Shown here piece by piece: positions 1-7,393 of a stretch of 43,982 nucleotides of DNA (its first letter is position 1; the number at the start of each line of letters is the position of its first letter). Source of the DNA: a virus; the IMG/VR virus record IMGVR_UViG_3300039098_000011, positions 1 to 43,982 of that record, one strand, 5' to 3'. Below the pieces are notes generated by a model that searched no databases, was not told the DNA's origin, and saw only the letters and a list, made by a program, of their open reading frames with translations. The position numbers and the translations under genes are program-made.

Positions 1-86
1 CTCGATCAACAAAGATTTTCTCGTGCGGTTATCCAAGCTTGGAAATCAAAGGCTATGCCATCAGATATTGCCGCACAATATATGTT
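1..86. repeat. Exact 86-nt duplicate of 43897..43982, interpreted as a circular-assembly overlap
   Basis: ctcgatcaacaaagattttctcgtgcgg...gccgcacaatatatgtt is present at both window ends. The copy lies in frame inside one continuous ORF. Confidence 0.9.
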
Positions 87-126
87 AATTCAACAGGGAC
101 TTGATCCCACAATTTATCCAGAATAA
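1..126 (+). CDS. 3' end (41 codons plus stop) of the giant internal-virion protein gene that starts at 39448
   Basis: (43897-39448) is divisible by 3, so position 1 is a codon start. It reads LDQQRFSRAVIQAWKSKAMPSDIAAQYMLIQQGLDPTIYPE, then TAA at 124..126. Confidence 0.85.
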   Translation, partial: LDQQRFSRAVIQAWKSKAMPSDIAAQYMLIQQGLDPTIYPE

Positions 127-145
127 TCAAAGGAGAATCAAAGCT

Positions 146-289
146 ATGCCAAAGAAAGTAAACAACAAAAAGAAAGCTGTCGCAATGGCCCCTCGTCCTC
201 CTCGCCCCTTCAAGAAGAAGGAAAAGAAAGAAGAGGAGAAGAAAAAGAAGAAGAAGAAAGCTAAGACATTCCCCACAAAGAAAGCATAA
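146..289 (+). CDS. 47-aa extremely lysine-rich basic protein
   Basis: ATG at 146 is preceded by AAAGGAGAA (129..137). It is in the same frame as track ORF 101..289. Sequence: MPKKVNNKKKAVAMAPRPPRPFKKKEKKEEEKKKKKKKAKTFPTKKA. Confidence 0.55.
   Translation: MPKKVNNKKKAVAMAPRPPRPFKKKEKKEEEKKKKKKKAKTFPTKKA
212..260 (+). repeat. 49-nt uninterrupted polypurine tract (AAG/GAA-rich) inside the Lys-rich gene
   Basis: Only a and g occur from 212 to 260. A pyrimidine-rich block (190..211) precedes it. Confidence 0.9.
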
Positions 290-293
290 AGCC

Positions 294-542
294 ATGCCCA
301 TTTCGATACCTGATTTAGCATGGTATGTTTCAACAGGTTCTGTTGTAATTCTTATGTCTATCATTACAGTTATGCTCGGATGGGGGTTTTCATTACTGAT
401 AAAAAAGTTAGAATATATAACTTCTAAATTAGACAGTTGGGTTGTTGAGACGGCTAGAATGCAGAGCCGGTTAGAAGATCATATCGAACAAAATAATCGT
501 GAACATTCTGTATTATTTGAAAAACTTAGGGGTAAAAAATAA
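294..542 (+). CDS. Membrane-anchored coiled-coil protein with i-spanin-like or type II anchor topology; function unknown
   Basis: N-terminal TM helix VSTGSVVILMSIITVMLGWGFSLLI is followed by a charged helical region (ETARMQSRLEDHIEQNNREH). Confidence 0.6.
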   Translation: MPISIPDLAWYVSTGSVVILMSIITVMLGWGFSLLIKKLEYITSKLDSWVVETARMQSRLEDHIEQNNREHSVLFEKLRGKK

Positions 543-543
543 T

Positions 544-717
544 ATGCCTATCAAAAAATGCACTAAGAAAGGGAAGAGTGGGTATAGGACAGGGACTTCT
601 GGGAAATGTTATACTGGTAAAGGTGCAAAGAAGAAAGCTTTGAAGCAACAAGTAGCAGTTAAAATTTCTCAAGGTAAGATTAAACCTAAAGGTGGAAAAA
701 GAAGGAGTAGAAAATAA
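544..717 (+). CDS. 57-aa basic small protein
   Basis: Internal ATG of track ORF 499..717. Sequence begins MPIKKCTKKGKSGYRTGTSGKCYTGKGAKKKALKQQ. Its stop overlaps the next start (TAATG at 715..719). Confidence 0.55.
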   Translation: MPIKKCTKKGKSGYRTGTSGKCYTGKGAKKKALKQQVAVKISQGKIKPKGGKRRSRK

Positions 718-2099
718 TGGCAGATAAACCTACAGTCCCCAGCTTTACTGGGAACTCTACCTTTAAAGCAAGTAAGGCAAATGAACTAGCAGATGATTTG
801 GCTACGGCTATTGAAGGTTGTTTGGGGAGGGGAGGTACTGGGGAATCTCCCAATAGCATGACTGGTAATCTGGATATGGATTTGAATAAAATCCAGAATC
901 TAGGTACACCTACGGTAGATAATGATGCTGTTACTAAGAAGTATCTTGATGATAATTACAGTGAAGCAGCTACTACTGCCGCTGGTGTTTATGCTGCCGC
1001 TGCTGCTGCTTCGGCCACTGCTGCTGAAACTGCGGAAACTAATGCGGAAACTGCAGAGACAAATGCTGAGACTGCAGAAACTAACGCCGCAACTTCTGAA
1101 ACTAATGCTGCTGCTTCTGAAGCTAAAGCAGAGGATTGGGCTATAGAACTTGAAGATGTAGAAGTAGAGACTGGTAAATATTCTGCACTTCATTGGGCAG
1201 CTAAAGCAGAGGGTTTTCTTACAGATGCAACCACTACCCAGAAAGGTTTAGTAGAGCTAGCTACTGATGCAGAGTCTTTGGCTGAAAGTGATACTGCCCG
1301 AACTGTAACCCCTTCTAACTTGGGTGCAGTATTATCTCCATTGAGAGCATTCTTTGATAAACACCATACTGGACTAGCTATGTCCAATGGTACTGATGCT
1401 TCCCATGATATCGATATTGTCTCTGGTACTTGTCGTGATTCAGGTAATGATTACTTCTTCTCTACGACAGGGATCACTAAACAGATTGATGCTGCTTGGA
1501 CAGCAGGGACTAATGTTGGGGGTTTTCCATCTGGTATTAGTTTAGCAGTAGATACTTGGTACAGAGTCTTTCTGATTTATGATGTTACTAATGGGTTGAC
1601 TGACGCTGGATTTGATACCTCCGCTACCGCAGCTACTTTATTGGCCGATACTACGGACTACACAAAGTATAGACAGATCGGATGGGTATTAACCGATGGG
1701 TCTAGCGATATACGCAAGTTCTGGCAAAGTGGTGGTGATAAAGTGGTGTGGGACATGGCAGCTAAGGATAGGGCTTTGGCTTCTACTGGGTTAACTACTG
1801 GGGTATTGCAAACCCTGACCGTACCACCTGGGACAGTAGCAGATATCGCTCTGCATAACTACATGGGGCAGATGACGGTCACCTCCTATGTCCATGTATC
1901 TGAAACACGGCAGACTGACAGCGCCCCAGACGATACGACCGCACGCTATGTTATGACCTCTGGCGCAGCGGAGCACCCGCGAGAGTCTGTGCGGCTTGAG
2001 GTGCTGGCTGACTCGTCCTCACAGATTCGCCTGCGTACCAGTAACGCTAACCATGAGATGTGTGTTAGAACCTCTGGCTACACCTTCCTTTGGGATTAA
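717..2099 (+). CDS. Tail fibre protein
   Basis: AETAETN heptad repeats are present. KYSALHWAAKAE and GLVELATDAESLAESDTARTVTPSNL are motifs I recognise from podovirus fibre N-termini. It is the last gene of the late arm, after the internal-virion proteins (T7 gp17 position). Confidence 0.7.
   Translation: MADKPTVPSFTGNSTFKASKANELADDLATAIEGCLGRGGTGESPNSMTGNLDMDLNKIQNLGTPTVDNDAVTKKYLDDNYSEAATTAAGVYAAAAAASATAAETAETNAETAETNAETAETNAATSETNAAASEAKAEDWAIELEDVEVETGKYSALHWAAKAEGFLTDATTTQKGLVELATDAESLAESDTARTVTPSNLGAVLSPLRAFFDKHHTGLAMSNGTDASHDIDIVSGTCRDSGNDYFFSTTGITKQIDAAWTAGTNVGGFPSGISLAVDTWYRVFLIYDVTNGLTDAGFDTSATAATLLADTTDYTKYRQIGWVLTDGSSDIRKFWQSGGDKVVWDMAAKDRALASTGLTTGVLQTLTVPPGTVADIALHNYMGQMTVTSYVHVSETRQTDSAPDDTTARYVMTSGAAEHPRESVRLEVLADSSSQIRLRTSNANHEMCVRTSGYTFLWD
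1023..1106 (+). repeat. About four tandem 21-nt units encoding AETAETN heptads
   Basis: gctgaaactgcggaaactaat, gcggaaactgcagagacaaat and gctgagactgcagaaactaac, plus a degenerate fourth unit, all in frame in the fibre gene. Confidence 0.8.
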
Positions 2100-2119
2100 A
2101 ACTATTGATAAAATAAAAA

Positions 2120-2147
2120 AGCCCCCAACCAATTAAGGAAGGGGGCT
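2120..2147. terminator. Hairpin terminator between the convergent arms, possibly bidirectional
   Basis: AGCCCCC (2120..2126) pairs with GGGGGCT (2141..2147). An A-run lies upstream (aaaataaaaaa) and a T-rich run downstream (attctttt). It sits between the stop at 2099 (+) and the stop at 2157 (-). Confidence 0.65.
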
Positions 2148-2156
2148 ATTCTTTTA

Positions 2157-2717
2157 TCATCTATCTATTCGAAATGTAAAACCCCTCCTCGCTTTCTGCG
2201 GATCATTGCTCCAGTCTCTACCATTATACTTCAAGTCCAACTTATGCCCACACTTCAACCAGTAATTCTTGTAGAAATTCCACCTTAAATGACAGTAAGG
2301 AAATCCTACAGTCAGAAACTGATGCCTTACCCCTTTTGATAAAACTTCTATCTTTTTCTCTATGATAGAGACAGAAAGAATTGGTGTCCAACGAGAGAAA
2401 TTGTTAACTGGGTTCCTCAATGCAAGCCAATTGAACATTTTAAGGTATGGAGTATCTGCCCAATTGGGGGCTTGTTGGAACCAATACTTCCCCCTGACAT
2501 CTCCCCGTGCCCCATCTCTTACATTATCCCAAAGCCATGCCCACTTGGGGAGGTTGACAAGATACCAACCAGTCCAAGTATGAGAACGGTCAGAAGGGTT
2601 AATTTTTCTGTCCCTCAAAGCGATAAGAACAATTGGGATACCAATGAGAGTTAAGAACAGCCTCACTACAAAGATAAGAGGCCACAAGATAGCAATACCT
2701 AAGTATATCATAGACAA
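2157..2717 (-). CDS. Trp-rich membrane protein, function unknown; last gene of the leftward arm
   Basis: N-terminal hydrophobic segment IYLGIAILWPLIFVVRLFLTLIGIPIVLIAL is followed by a W-rich domain (WAWLWDNVRDGARGD). It overlaps the upstream endolysin gene by 10 nt. Confidence 0.7.
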   Translation of the reverse strand: MSMIYLGIAILWPLIFVVRLFLTLIGIPIVLIALRDRKINPSDRSHTWTGWYLVNLPKWAWLWDNVRDGARGDVRGKYWFQQAPNWADTPYLKMFNWLALRNPVNNFSRWTPILSVSIIEKKIEVLSKGVRHQFLTVGFPYCHLRWNFYKNYWLKCGHKLDLKYNGRDWSNDPQKARRGFTFRIDR

Positions 2718-3178
2718 TATCTCTTATATTTTTCAGTAGCTTTTTCTACTGTACCTTTCCCTAGGTAAGTATTATAGTACTTCTTCCAGTAAATAGCCAT
2801 ATACTCCGGCTCATTTGAATCAGGGAGTTTCTTTGGAACCCGGAGGTAATGAACTCTGGCCATAGCTATCTGGTATCCCAAGTTAAACTCTAGATCCTCT
2901 AGATCAACAACCCCACCTAATGGAAAGAGTCTTAAAACAGCTAGTCGGATTTCAGGCCTATGCCTGAGGTAGTTGAACCATATATCCTGCTCCGTAGATT
3001 TTTCCATCTGGAAGATGCCTAGTGCTGGCCCACCTCCCTTCTGCCTGATATACTTTCCTAGATTACTTTCGGTAGCTGCTGTCAGCATAAGAAGTTCTAC
3101 AGCATCATCACTGTAAAGATCAATCTCTTTAAGGACTCGTGTAATTAGATCTCTTAGTTGCTCTTTATCCATTATCAT
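2708..3178 (-). CDS. Lytic transglycosylase-like endolysin
   Basis: TAATESNLG...GPALGIFQME resembles the SLT catalytic E-S and GLMQ motifs. The start is placed at the internal ATG 3178 (MIMDKEQ), which follows GAGGGTGGTG and avoids a long overlap with 3165..3422. Confidence 0.6.
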   Translation of the reverse strand: MIMDKEQLRDLITRVLKEIDLYSDDAVELLMLTAATESNLGKYIRQKGGGPALGIFQMEKSTEQDIWFNYLRHRPEIRLAVLRLFPLGGVVDLEDLEFNLGYQIAMARVHYLRVPKKLPDSNEPEYMAIYWKKYYNTYLGKGTVEKATEKYKRYCL

Positions 3179-3422
3179 CACCACCCTCTGTAGTTTCGCT
3201 ACTTCCACCGTTAGAGAATTCGTTAACCCATTTGTCTGCTTGATATGATCCCCAGACTTCTTTGACTCTGCTTGCCAAGATGATTGCAAGGAGTAGAAGA
3301 TAGCCTTCTATCTCAAAAGGGGATGCTACCTCAGGTAAATAGATCAATGACCAACAAATAGCTACAAGGGTCAGGACTGTCTTAAGAACCAGATACTCAG
3401 AACGAATGATAATTACTTTCAA
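3165..3422 (-). CDS. Holin-like small membrane protein
   Basis: Two hydrophobic helices (YLVLKTVLTLVAICWSLIYL and GYLLLLAIILA) precede an acidic C-terminus. It lies immediately upstream of the endolysin. Confidence 0.5.
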   Translation of the reverse strand: MKVIIIRSEYLVLKTVLTLVAICWSLIYLPEVASPFEIEGYLLLLAIILASRVKEVWGSYQADKWVNEFSNGGSSETTEGGDDNG

Positions 3423-3670
3423 GATATCTCCTCATAGGTCTGCTCAAAGATGTCCGGCTTACAAGGATAGTGTTCGCCCTGAACTCCGGTGATGATGTAG
3501 TCACTCACATTTGCCATCATCGTTCCTTCAAGCGTGAAGATTTTAAGTCCTTCTAGCCTAACTAAATCTTCGTATTCCTCCCACCTATAGTGCTTAACAG
3601 AAGCGTGTTGTCCTACATGACGTATAACTTCCAACAAGTTCTTCCCCGTCCACTGCACCGCCTCAATCAC
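3419..3670 (-). CDS. Hypothetical protein (83 aa)
   Basis: Track ORF with an ATGA overlap with the downstream gene. The C-terminus GEHYPCKPDIFEQTYE looks like a conserved phage family that I cannot name. Confidence 0.65.
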   Translation of the reverse strand: MIEAVQWTGKNLLEVIRHVGQHASVKHYRWEEYEDLVRLEGLKIFTLEGTMMANVSDYIITGVQGEHYPCKPDIFEQTYEEIS

Positions 3671-3713
3671 TACCGGTTTCTTACGATACTTTGCTATAAT
3701 TTATGTTCCTTTG

Positions 3714-5501
3714 TTAATGGTAGAATCTAAAACCAGACTCTTCTTGCCGGGCTTCACTAAATGTTCCAATCTCTTTCAAGAATCCAATAACCCTTGTCGC
3801 ATGGGTAATGTTGGTGCTTTTACACTTCGGACATGCAGAGAAAGTACTCTTTGAGATAGCTCCACACTCTTCTTCCTTACATAGTGTGATAAGAGTATTA
3901 GTACCGAGATAATTACAACCTGTCTTAGCCATCAACTTAAAGAGTTGCATATACCCGCTAGGAGTAAGATAAATCCCCAGGTTGAGATGAAGAGCAGAGC
4001 CACCATCAAGATACCCCGTGCAATCTCTGCCATGAAGGATAAACTTATCGATAATGTTTATATCATTACTCTCAGGCAAATAAAAATAACTGTTATAGCA
4101 CTGTCGATTAACAACCAGGCCGTCCTTCTTATCCCACTTAGCATTCTTTACTCCCAAGTTTTCCCCAGGCACCATTTCAGTATTGAACTTATACCCAGTT
4201 TCCTTCGCTGCCTCTCTATTGGAATCATAGATCGTCTTAAGAGTTCCTTGAATATAACCAATGTAGTCAGAGTTGTTACCTACTTCGAGGTCAAAGAACT
4301 CTGCACTCTCAGATAACCCATTAACCCCAAGGGTGAGATATTGTTTATCTAATTGGATAAACCCAGCAGTGTATACGGTCAGTAGGTTAGCACTCAAATA
4401 GTCTTCAATAATTGATCGGTATGCAATCTGAAACTTATGGACTTTCTCCACTACTTCTTTAAGATCAATGCCACGTTGTACGATACGATTAATGTTCATA
4501 GTGATAACATTGATACTGCCAGTAGCTACACCCCCTGCCCCAAGGGTATAGGAAAAGGTATTGTCAGTGAACTCATTACGGAGGCGGCAACAGGAGGACA
4601 GAGAGTCAACAGTGTCACTCATATAGATGAAGAAAGAGTTACCTTGAGATAGTTCCTCCGTCAACATGGTAGCAAACTCCGTGTCTTTTGGGGCATTTAC
4701 TCCATCAGACAGGATGTTAGCCGTAGTAACGGGAAAGGTGAGGATCTTCTTGGTACGTTCCTCATTGATCCATTTAAGATAGAACTCCTGCAAGGCACTT
4801 ACACTGTTCCAGTTGGGGCGATCTCCATCAGGGAAAGCAAAGTCTCCGAACATAGAATCAAAATAGTATTCATCAAACAAAGCGATGTTCCAGAATACTG
4901 ACTGGTAATTCCTAGCTGCTGCCGGCTCATTGAGGGTATAGATTACTTGTTGGAATTTATCAGATATGAAATCTCCAAACTCATTGAGGTAATCATCACC
5001 AAGATCAAGTCGAGCAAAGTGGTCAAAGTACATTAGAAACTCAGGGGTACTAACAGCACCAGCAAACTGTGCAGCGATTGAGAAGATCAGATTAAGAAAC
5101 TCCCCACAGAAAGACTCAAGATGTTTTGGTGCATCTGAATGCCCACCCAATGCTTTAGTACCCTCAATCAAGAAAGGATACATTGTGATGGAGACACAGT
5201 AGGGCATCAAAGAAGTCTCATCATGAATATAAATCTCATGTTCCTCAATCATACGGATGTACTCTTCTGACAGAGTTTCCCCGTAAAGCTCCTTGATGCG
5301 GGTAGAAATAATGGCACGGTTAGTCTGGATATTAAAATCTTTATGAATCTCTGCTGATAAAGTAGCAATATTCTTCTGAGATACATTGGCATTAGGATCA
5401 AAGGAAGAAGAGGATGCAGCATTCCCGCTCTTCATATACTCCGAAATAAAATCTACCTTAGCCTTTAGCTGTGCCTTAGTGAGCTTAACCATCTTAGCCA
5501 T
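3714..5501 (-). CDS. nrdD: Anaerobic (class III) ribonucleoside-triphosphate reductase
   Basis: 595 aa. The C-terminal Cys4 ribbon (CKEEECG...CPKCKS) is followed by the glycyl-radical-type segment ATRVIGFL. NrdG is encoded immediately upstream. Confidence 0.85.
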   Translation of the reverse strand: MAKMVKLTKAQLKAKVDFISEYMKSGNAASSSSFDPNANVSQKNIATLSAEIHKDFNIQTNRAIISTRIKELYGETLSEEYIRMIEEHEIYIHDETSLMPYCVSITMYPFLIEGTKALGGHSDAPKHLESFCGEFLNLIFSIAAQFAGAVSTPEFLMYFDHFARLDLGDDYLNEFGDFISDKFQQVIYTLNEPAAARNYQSVFWNIALFDEYYFDSMFGDFAFPDGDRPNWNSVSALQEFYLKWINEERTKKILTFPVTTANILSDGVNAPKDTEFATMLTEELSQGNSFFIYMSDTVDSLSSCCRLRNEFTDNTFSYTLGAGGVATGSINVITMNINRIVQRGIDLKEVVEKVHKFQIAYRSIIEDYLSANLLTVYTAGFIQLDKQYLTLGVNGLSESAEFFDLEVGNNSDYIGYIQGTLKTIYDSNREAAKETGYKFNTEMVPGENLGVKNAKWDKKDGLVVNRQCYNSYFYLPESNDINIIDKFILHGRDCTGYLDGGSALHLNLGIYLTPSGYMQLFKLMAKTGCNYLGTNTLITLCKEEECGAISKSTFSACPKCKSTNITHATRVIGFLKEIGTFSEARQEESGFRFYH

Positions 5502-5504
5502 GTG

Positions 5505-5969
5505 TTACATCCCTCCTGTATTTTGGAATAGGTGAGTTAGATCTTTCATGTCTTTCGCCCTCACATATCTTTGATTAGTGGTGAGAGAGTCAAGACCTCC
5601 TAATTCTTTTTTGTAGGGGCCAAACTTTACATAGTCAAGGAGCTGGAGATATGTGCCACAGTCCTGCAAATCCATGCCCGTATAGATCCCAACAGTAAGG
5701 TTATAATCCCTAGTAGTAATAAGTAAATCTGCTAGGTCAGTACCAAACTCTATATCCCCAAGGAATAGAACTGCGTCAATGTAACCTTCGTAATGTTTAA
5801 CTATAGAGGTGAATACTTCTGGAGTTAGCTCAGAACCAAGCTCTTTATCCCATAAATATTTAGAGTGACAGTCTTTGCAACCTACCTTACAACCAGTGAA
5901 TGAGAATGCCAAGGCAATATACCCCGGCATCTCACTCAAAGTTATAGTATAAGAAGAATAGTTAATCAT
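5505..5969 (-). CDS. nrdG: Anaerobic RNR activating protein (radical SAM)
   Basis: CKVGCKDCHS is a CxxxCxxC cluster. The start is placed at ATG 5969 (MINYSSY) behind GGGGAG; the track ORF extends to 6002. Confidence 0.8.
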   Translation of the reverse strand: MINYSSYTITLSEMPGYIALAFSFTGCKVGCKDCHSKYLWDKELGSELTPEVFTSIVKHYEGYIDAVLFLGDIEFGTDLADLLITTRDYNLTVGIYTGMDLQDCGTYLQLLDYVKFGPYKKELGGLDSLTTNQRYVRAKDMKDLTHLFQNTGGM

Positions 5970-6135
5970 ATAACTCCCCATCCACTTCAAAGTCTTCATC
6001 AAAAACTTCTGGGTTATCCCGAATCAAAGGCCAGATGTAATCAATGAACTCCTCAGTAGTAATATCAAACTTCTCTATCAATTCTGGAGGAGTGTACTTA
6101 TCAATGATTAGGTCTACTAGTTCATTATCAATCAT
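5962..6135 (-). CDS. 57-aa acidic protein, below the ORF-track cutoff
   Basis: Translated by hand as MIDNELVDLIIDKYTPPELIEKFDITTEEFIDYIWPLIRDNPEVFDEDFEVDGELYD. It fills the dut-nrdG gap with overlapping start and stop codons at both ends. Confidence 0.6.
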   Translation of the reverse strand: MIDNELVDLIIDKYTPPELIEKFDITTEEFIDYIWPLIRDNPEVFDEDFEVDGELYD

Positions 6136-6581
6136 TAGGTATTCCCTGTAGAGCCATACCCACTAGCTCCCCTCTCTGTCTCACCAAGTTCACCTACTTC
6201 TTCCCATTCAACCTTCGGGATAGGAACTACACAACATTGTGCAATACGATCTCCTTGTTTAATCTTAAAGCTGTATTGCTTAGTCCGCATTAAAATTACA
6301 CCAACTTCCCCACGATAATCAGAATCTACACAACCAGGGGAATTGACAATGGTGATTCCCTCCTTCAATGCAAGGCCAGAACGAGGACGAACCTGAAGTT
6401 CATACCCCCTAGGTACTGCTACTGCAATCCCTGTCTTGATTAGTTCAGGTTTGTCACTGATGAAAGTGTAATTGTATGCCATACCAGAGAAGTCAGCGTA
6501 TAGATCCATGCAAGCTGCACCTTCTGAACCATAAGTAGGTAGTTTTGCTTCTGGAGATAGACGTTTAATTTTAATCTTCAT
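6135..6581 (-). CDS. dut: dUTP diphosphatase
   Basis: Contains GSEGAACMDLYA, RPRSGLA and GCVDSDYRGEVGVILM. The start is placed at ATG 6581 (MKIKIKRLSPEAKLP), giving about 148 aa. Confidence 0.9.
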   Translation of the reverse strand: MKIKIKRLSPEAKLPTYGSEGAACMDLYADFSGMAYNYTFISDKPELIKTGIAVAVPRGYELQVRPRSGLALKEGITIVNSPGCVDSDYRGEVGVILMRTKQYSFKIKQGDRIAQCCVVPIPKVEWEEVGELGETERGASGYGSTGNT

Positions 6582-6582
6582 T

Positions 6583-6945
6583 CTAAGATTCCTGTCTAGT
6601 ATAGCAACAGTCGGGAGTTTCTTCAAACCTCACAGCAGGAATAAACTCTGCCCCATCCAACACAGCCCGAATTACTCTATGACGACCATCCATTACATAT
6701 CCTTCCCCATCTAAAATAATTGGGCAATTTACATTGACAGATAAAATCAGTCGGACATGTTGTACAAAATCTAGTGTTGAATTTACTTTTGGGTATAGAT
6801 CATATATGTTTAGATGTTTGAGTGGGATATCAAATGGCTCTAAACTTTCTGCTAACTTAATTAGCCTTGCTACTTTCCAAAACATAGCCCCATCACGATA
6901 GGTTTGATTCACAACGTGCCCATCCATAGTGTATTTAACCTTCAT
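6583..6945 (-). CDS. ParB N-terminal-domain-like (nuclease-like) protein
   Basis: PIILDGEGYVMDGRHRVIRAV carries the DGxHR motif of ParB/Srx-like domains. The first ATG is at 6945; the track start at 6978 is TTG. Confidence 0.5.
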   Translation of the reverse strand: MKVKYTMDGHVVNQTYRDGAMFWKVARLIKLAESLEPFDIPLKHLNIYDLYPKVNSTLDFVQHVRLILSVNVNCPIILDGEGYVMDGRHRVIRAVLDGAEFIPAVRFEETPDCCYTRQES

Positions 6946-7393
6946 TTTTGAGGAGTCTCTCTTTTTCTCGATTAGCAAACCAAATAATCTTATTGATTTC
7001 TCTCATCTCATCTGAATGAGCACAAGTACCTGACCGGTAACATGCCTTGAAAATATTCCCCATTGAGAAGTTCATCTCCCGATATTCTATCAAATCTTGT
7101 AGTTCGGCAGCATCTTCTGGAATACTGTATTGTTCAGGAGTAGAACCTCCTGGTTCGGAGACTTTAGCTACCCATTTACTGTAATCACTACAATCTCCAA
7201 CTAGACTAAAACAATCAATATTATCACCATGTTTACAATCATCACAGGTTTTCATAACTTCCTCCTCCTGCCTTGATTCCCAAGCAGAAGCATAGAGGCC
7301 TATTTCCGATGCAGTACAAACTTCTGTCCTCCCGTATTTACAAGTTGAACAAGTCTTTTCCCCCGTGGGCTGCTCGTAATCAATAAGACCCAT
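6935..7393 (-). CDS. Cys-rich protein with a DUF3310-like C-terminus
   Basis: The C-terminus PEQYSIPEDAAELQDLIEYREMNFSMGNIFKACYRSG...EINKIIWFANREKERL fits my recollection of DUF3310. The N-terminus has CSTC and CDDC pairs. ATG 7393 follows GGGAGAA. Confidence 0.55.
   Translation of the reverse strand: MGLIDYEQPTGEKTCSTCKYGRTEVCTASEIGLYASAWESRQEEEVMKTCDDCKHGDNIDCFSLVGDCSDYSKWVAKVSEPGGSTPEQYSIPEDAAELQDLIEYREMNFSMGNIFKACYRSGTCAHSDEMREINKIIWFANREKERLLKNEG

Noticed and set aside
1-86. The 86-nt end duplication could be a biological direct terminal repeat.
   Set aside because: It lies in frame in the middle of a 1,524-aa ORF. A k-mer-sized assembly overlap of a circular contig is the simpler explanation. 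Read-terminus data are needed to be certain.
53-364. Minus-strand ORFs 53..364 and 127..333.
   Set aside because: They arise from reading the polypurine tract antisense, which gives poly-Phe/Leu. They overlap the end of the giant ORF and the Lys-rich gene.
900-1193. ORFs 900..1193 (-) and 922..1146 (+) over the fibre heptad repeats.
   Set aside because: They are alternative-frame readings of the GCT/GAA/ACT repeat region inside the fibre gene.
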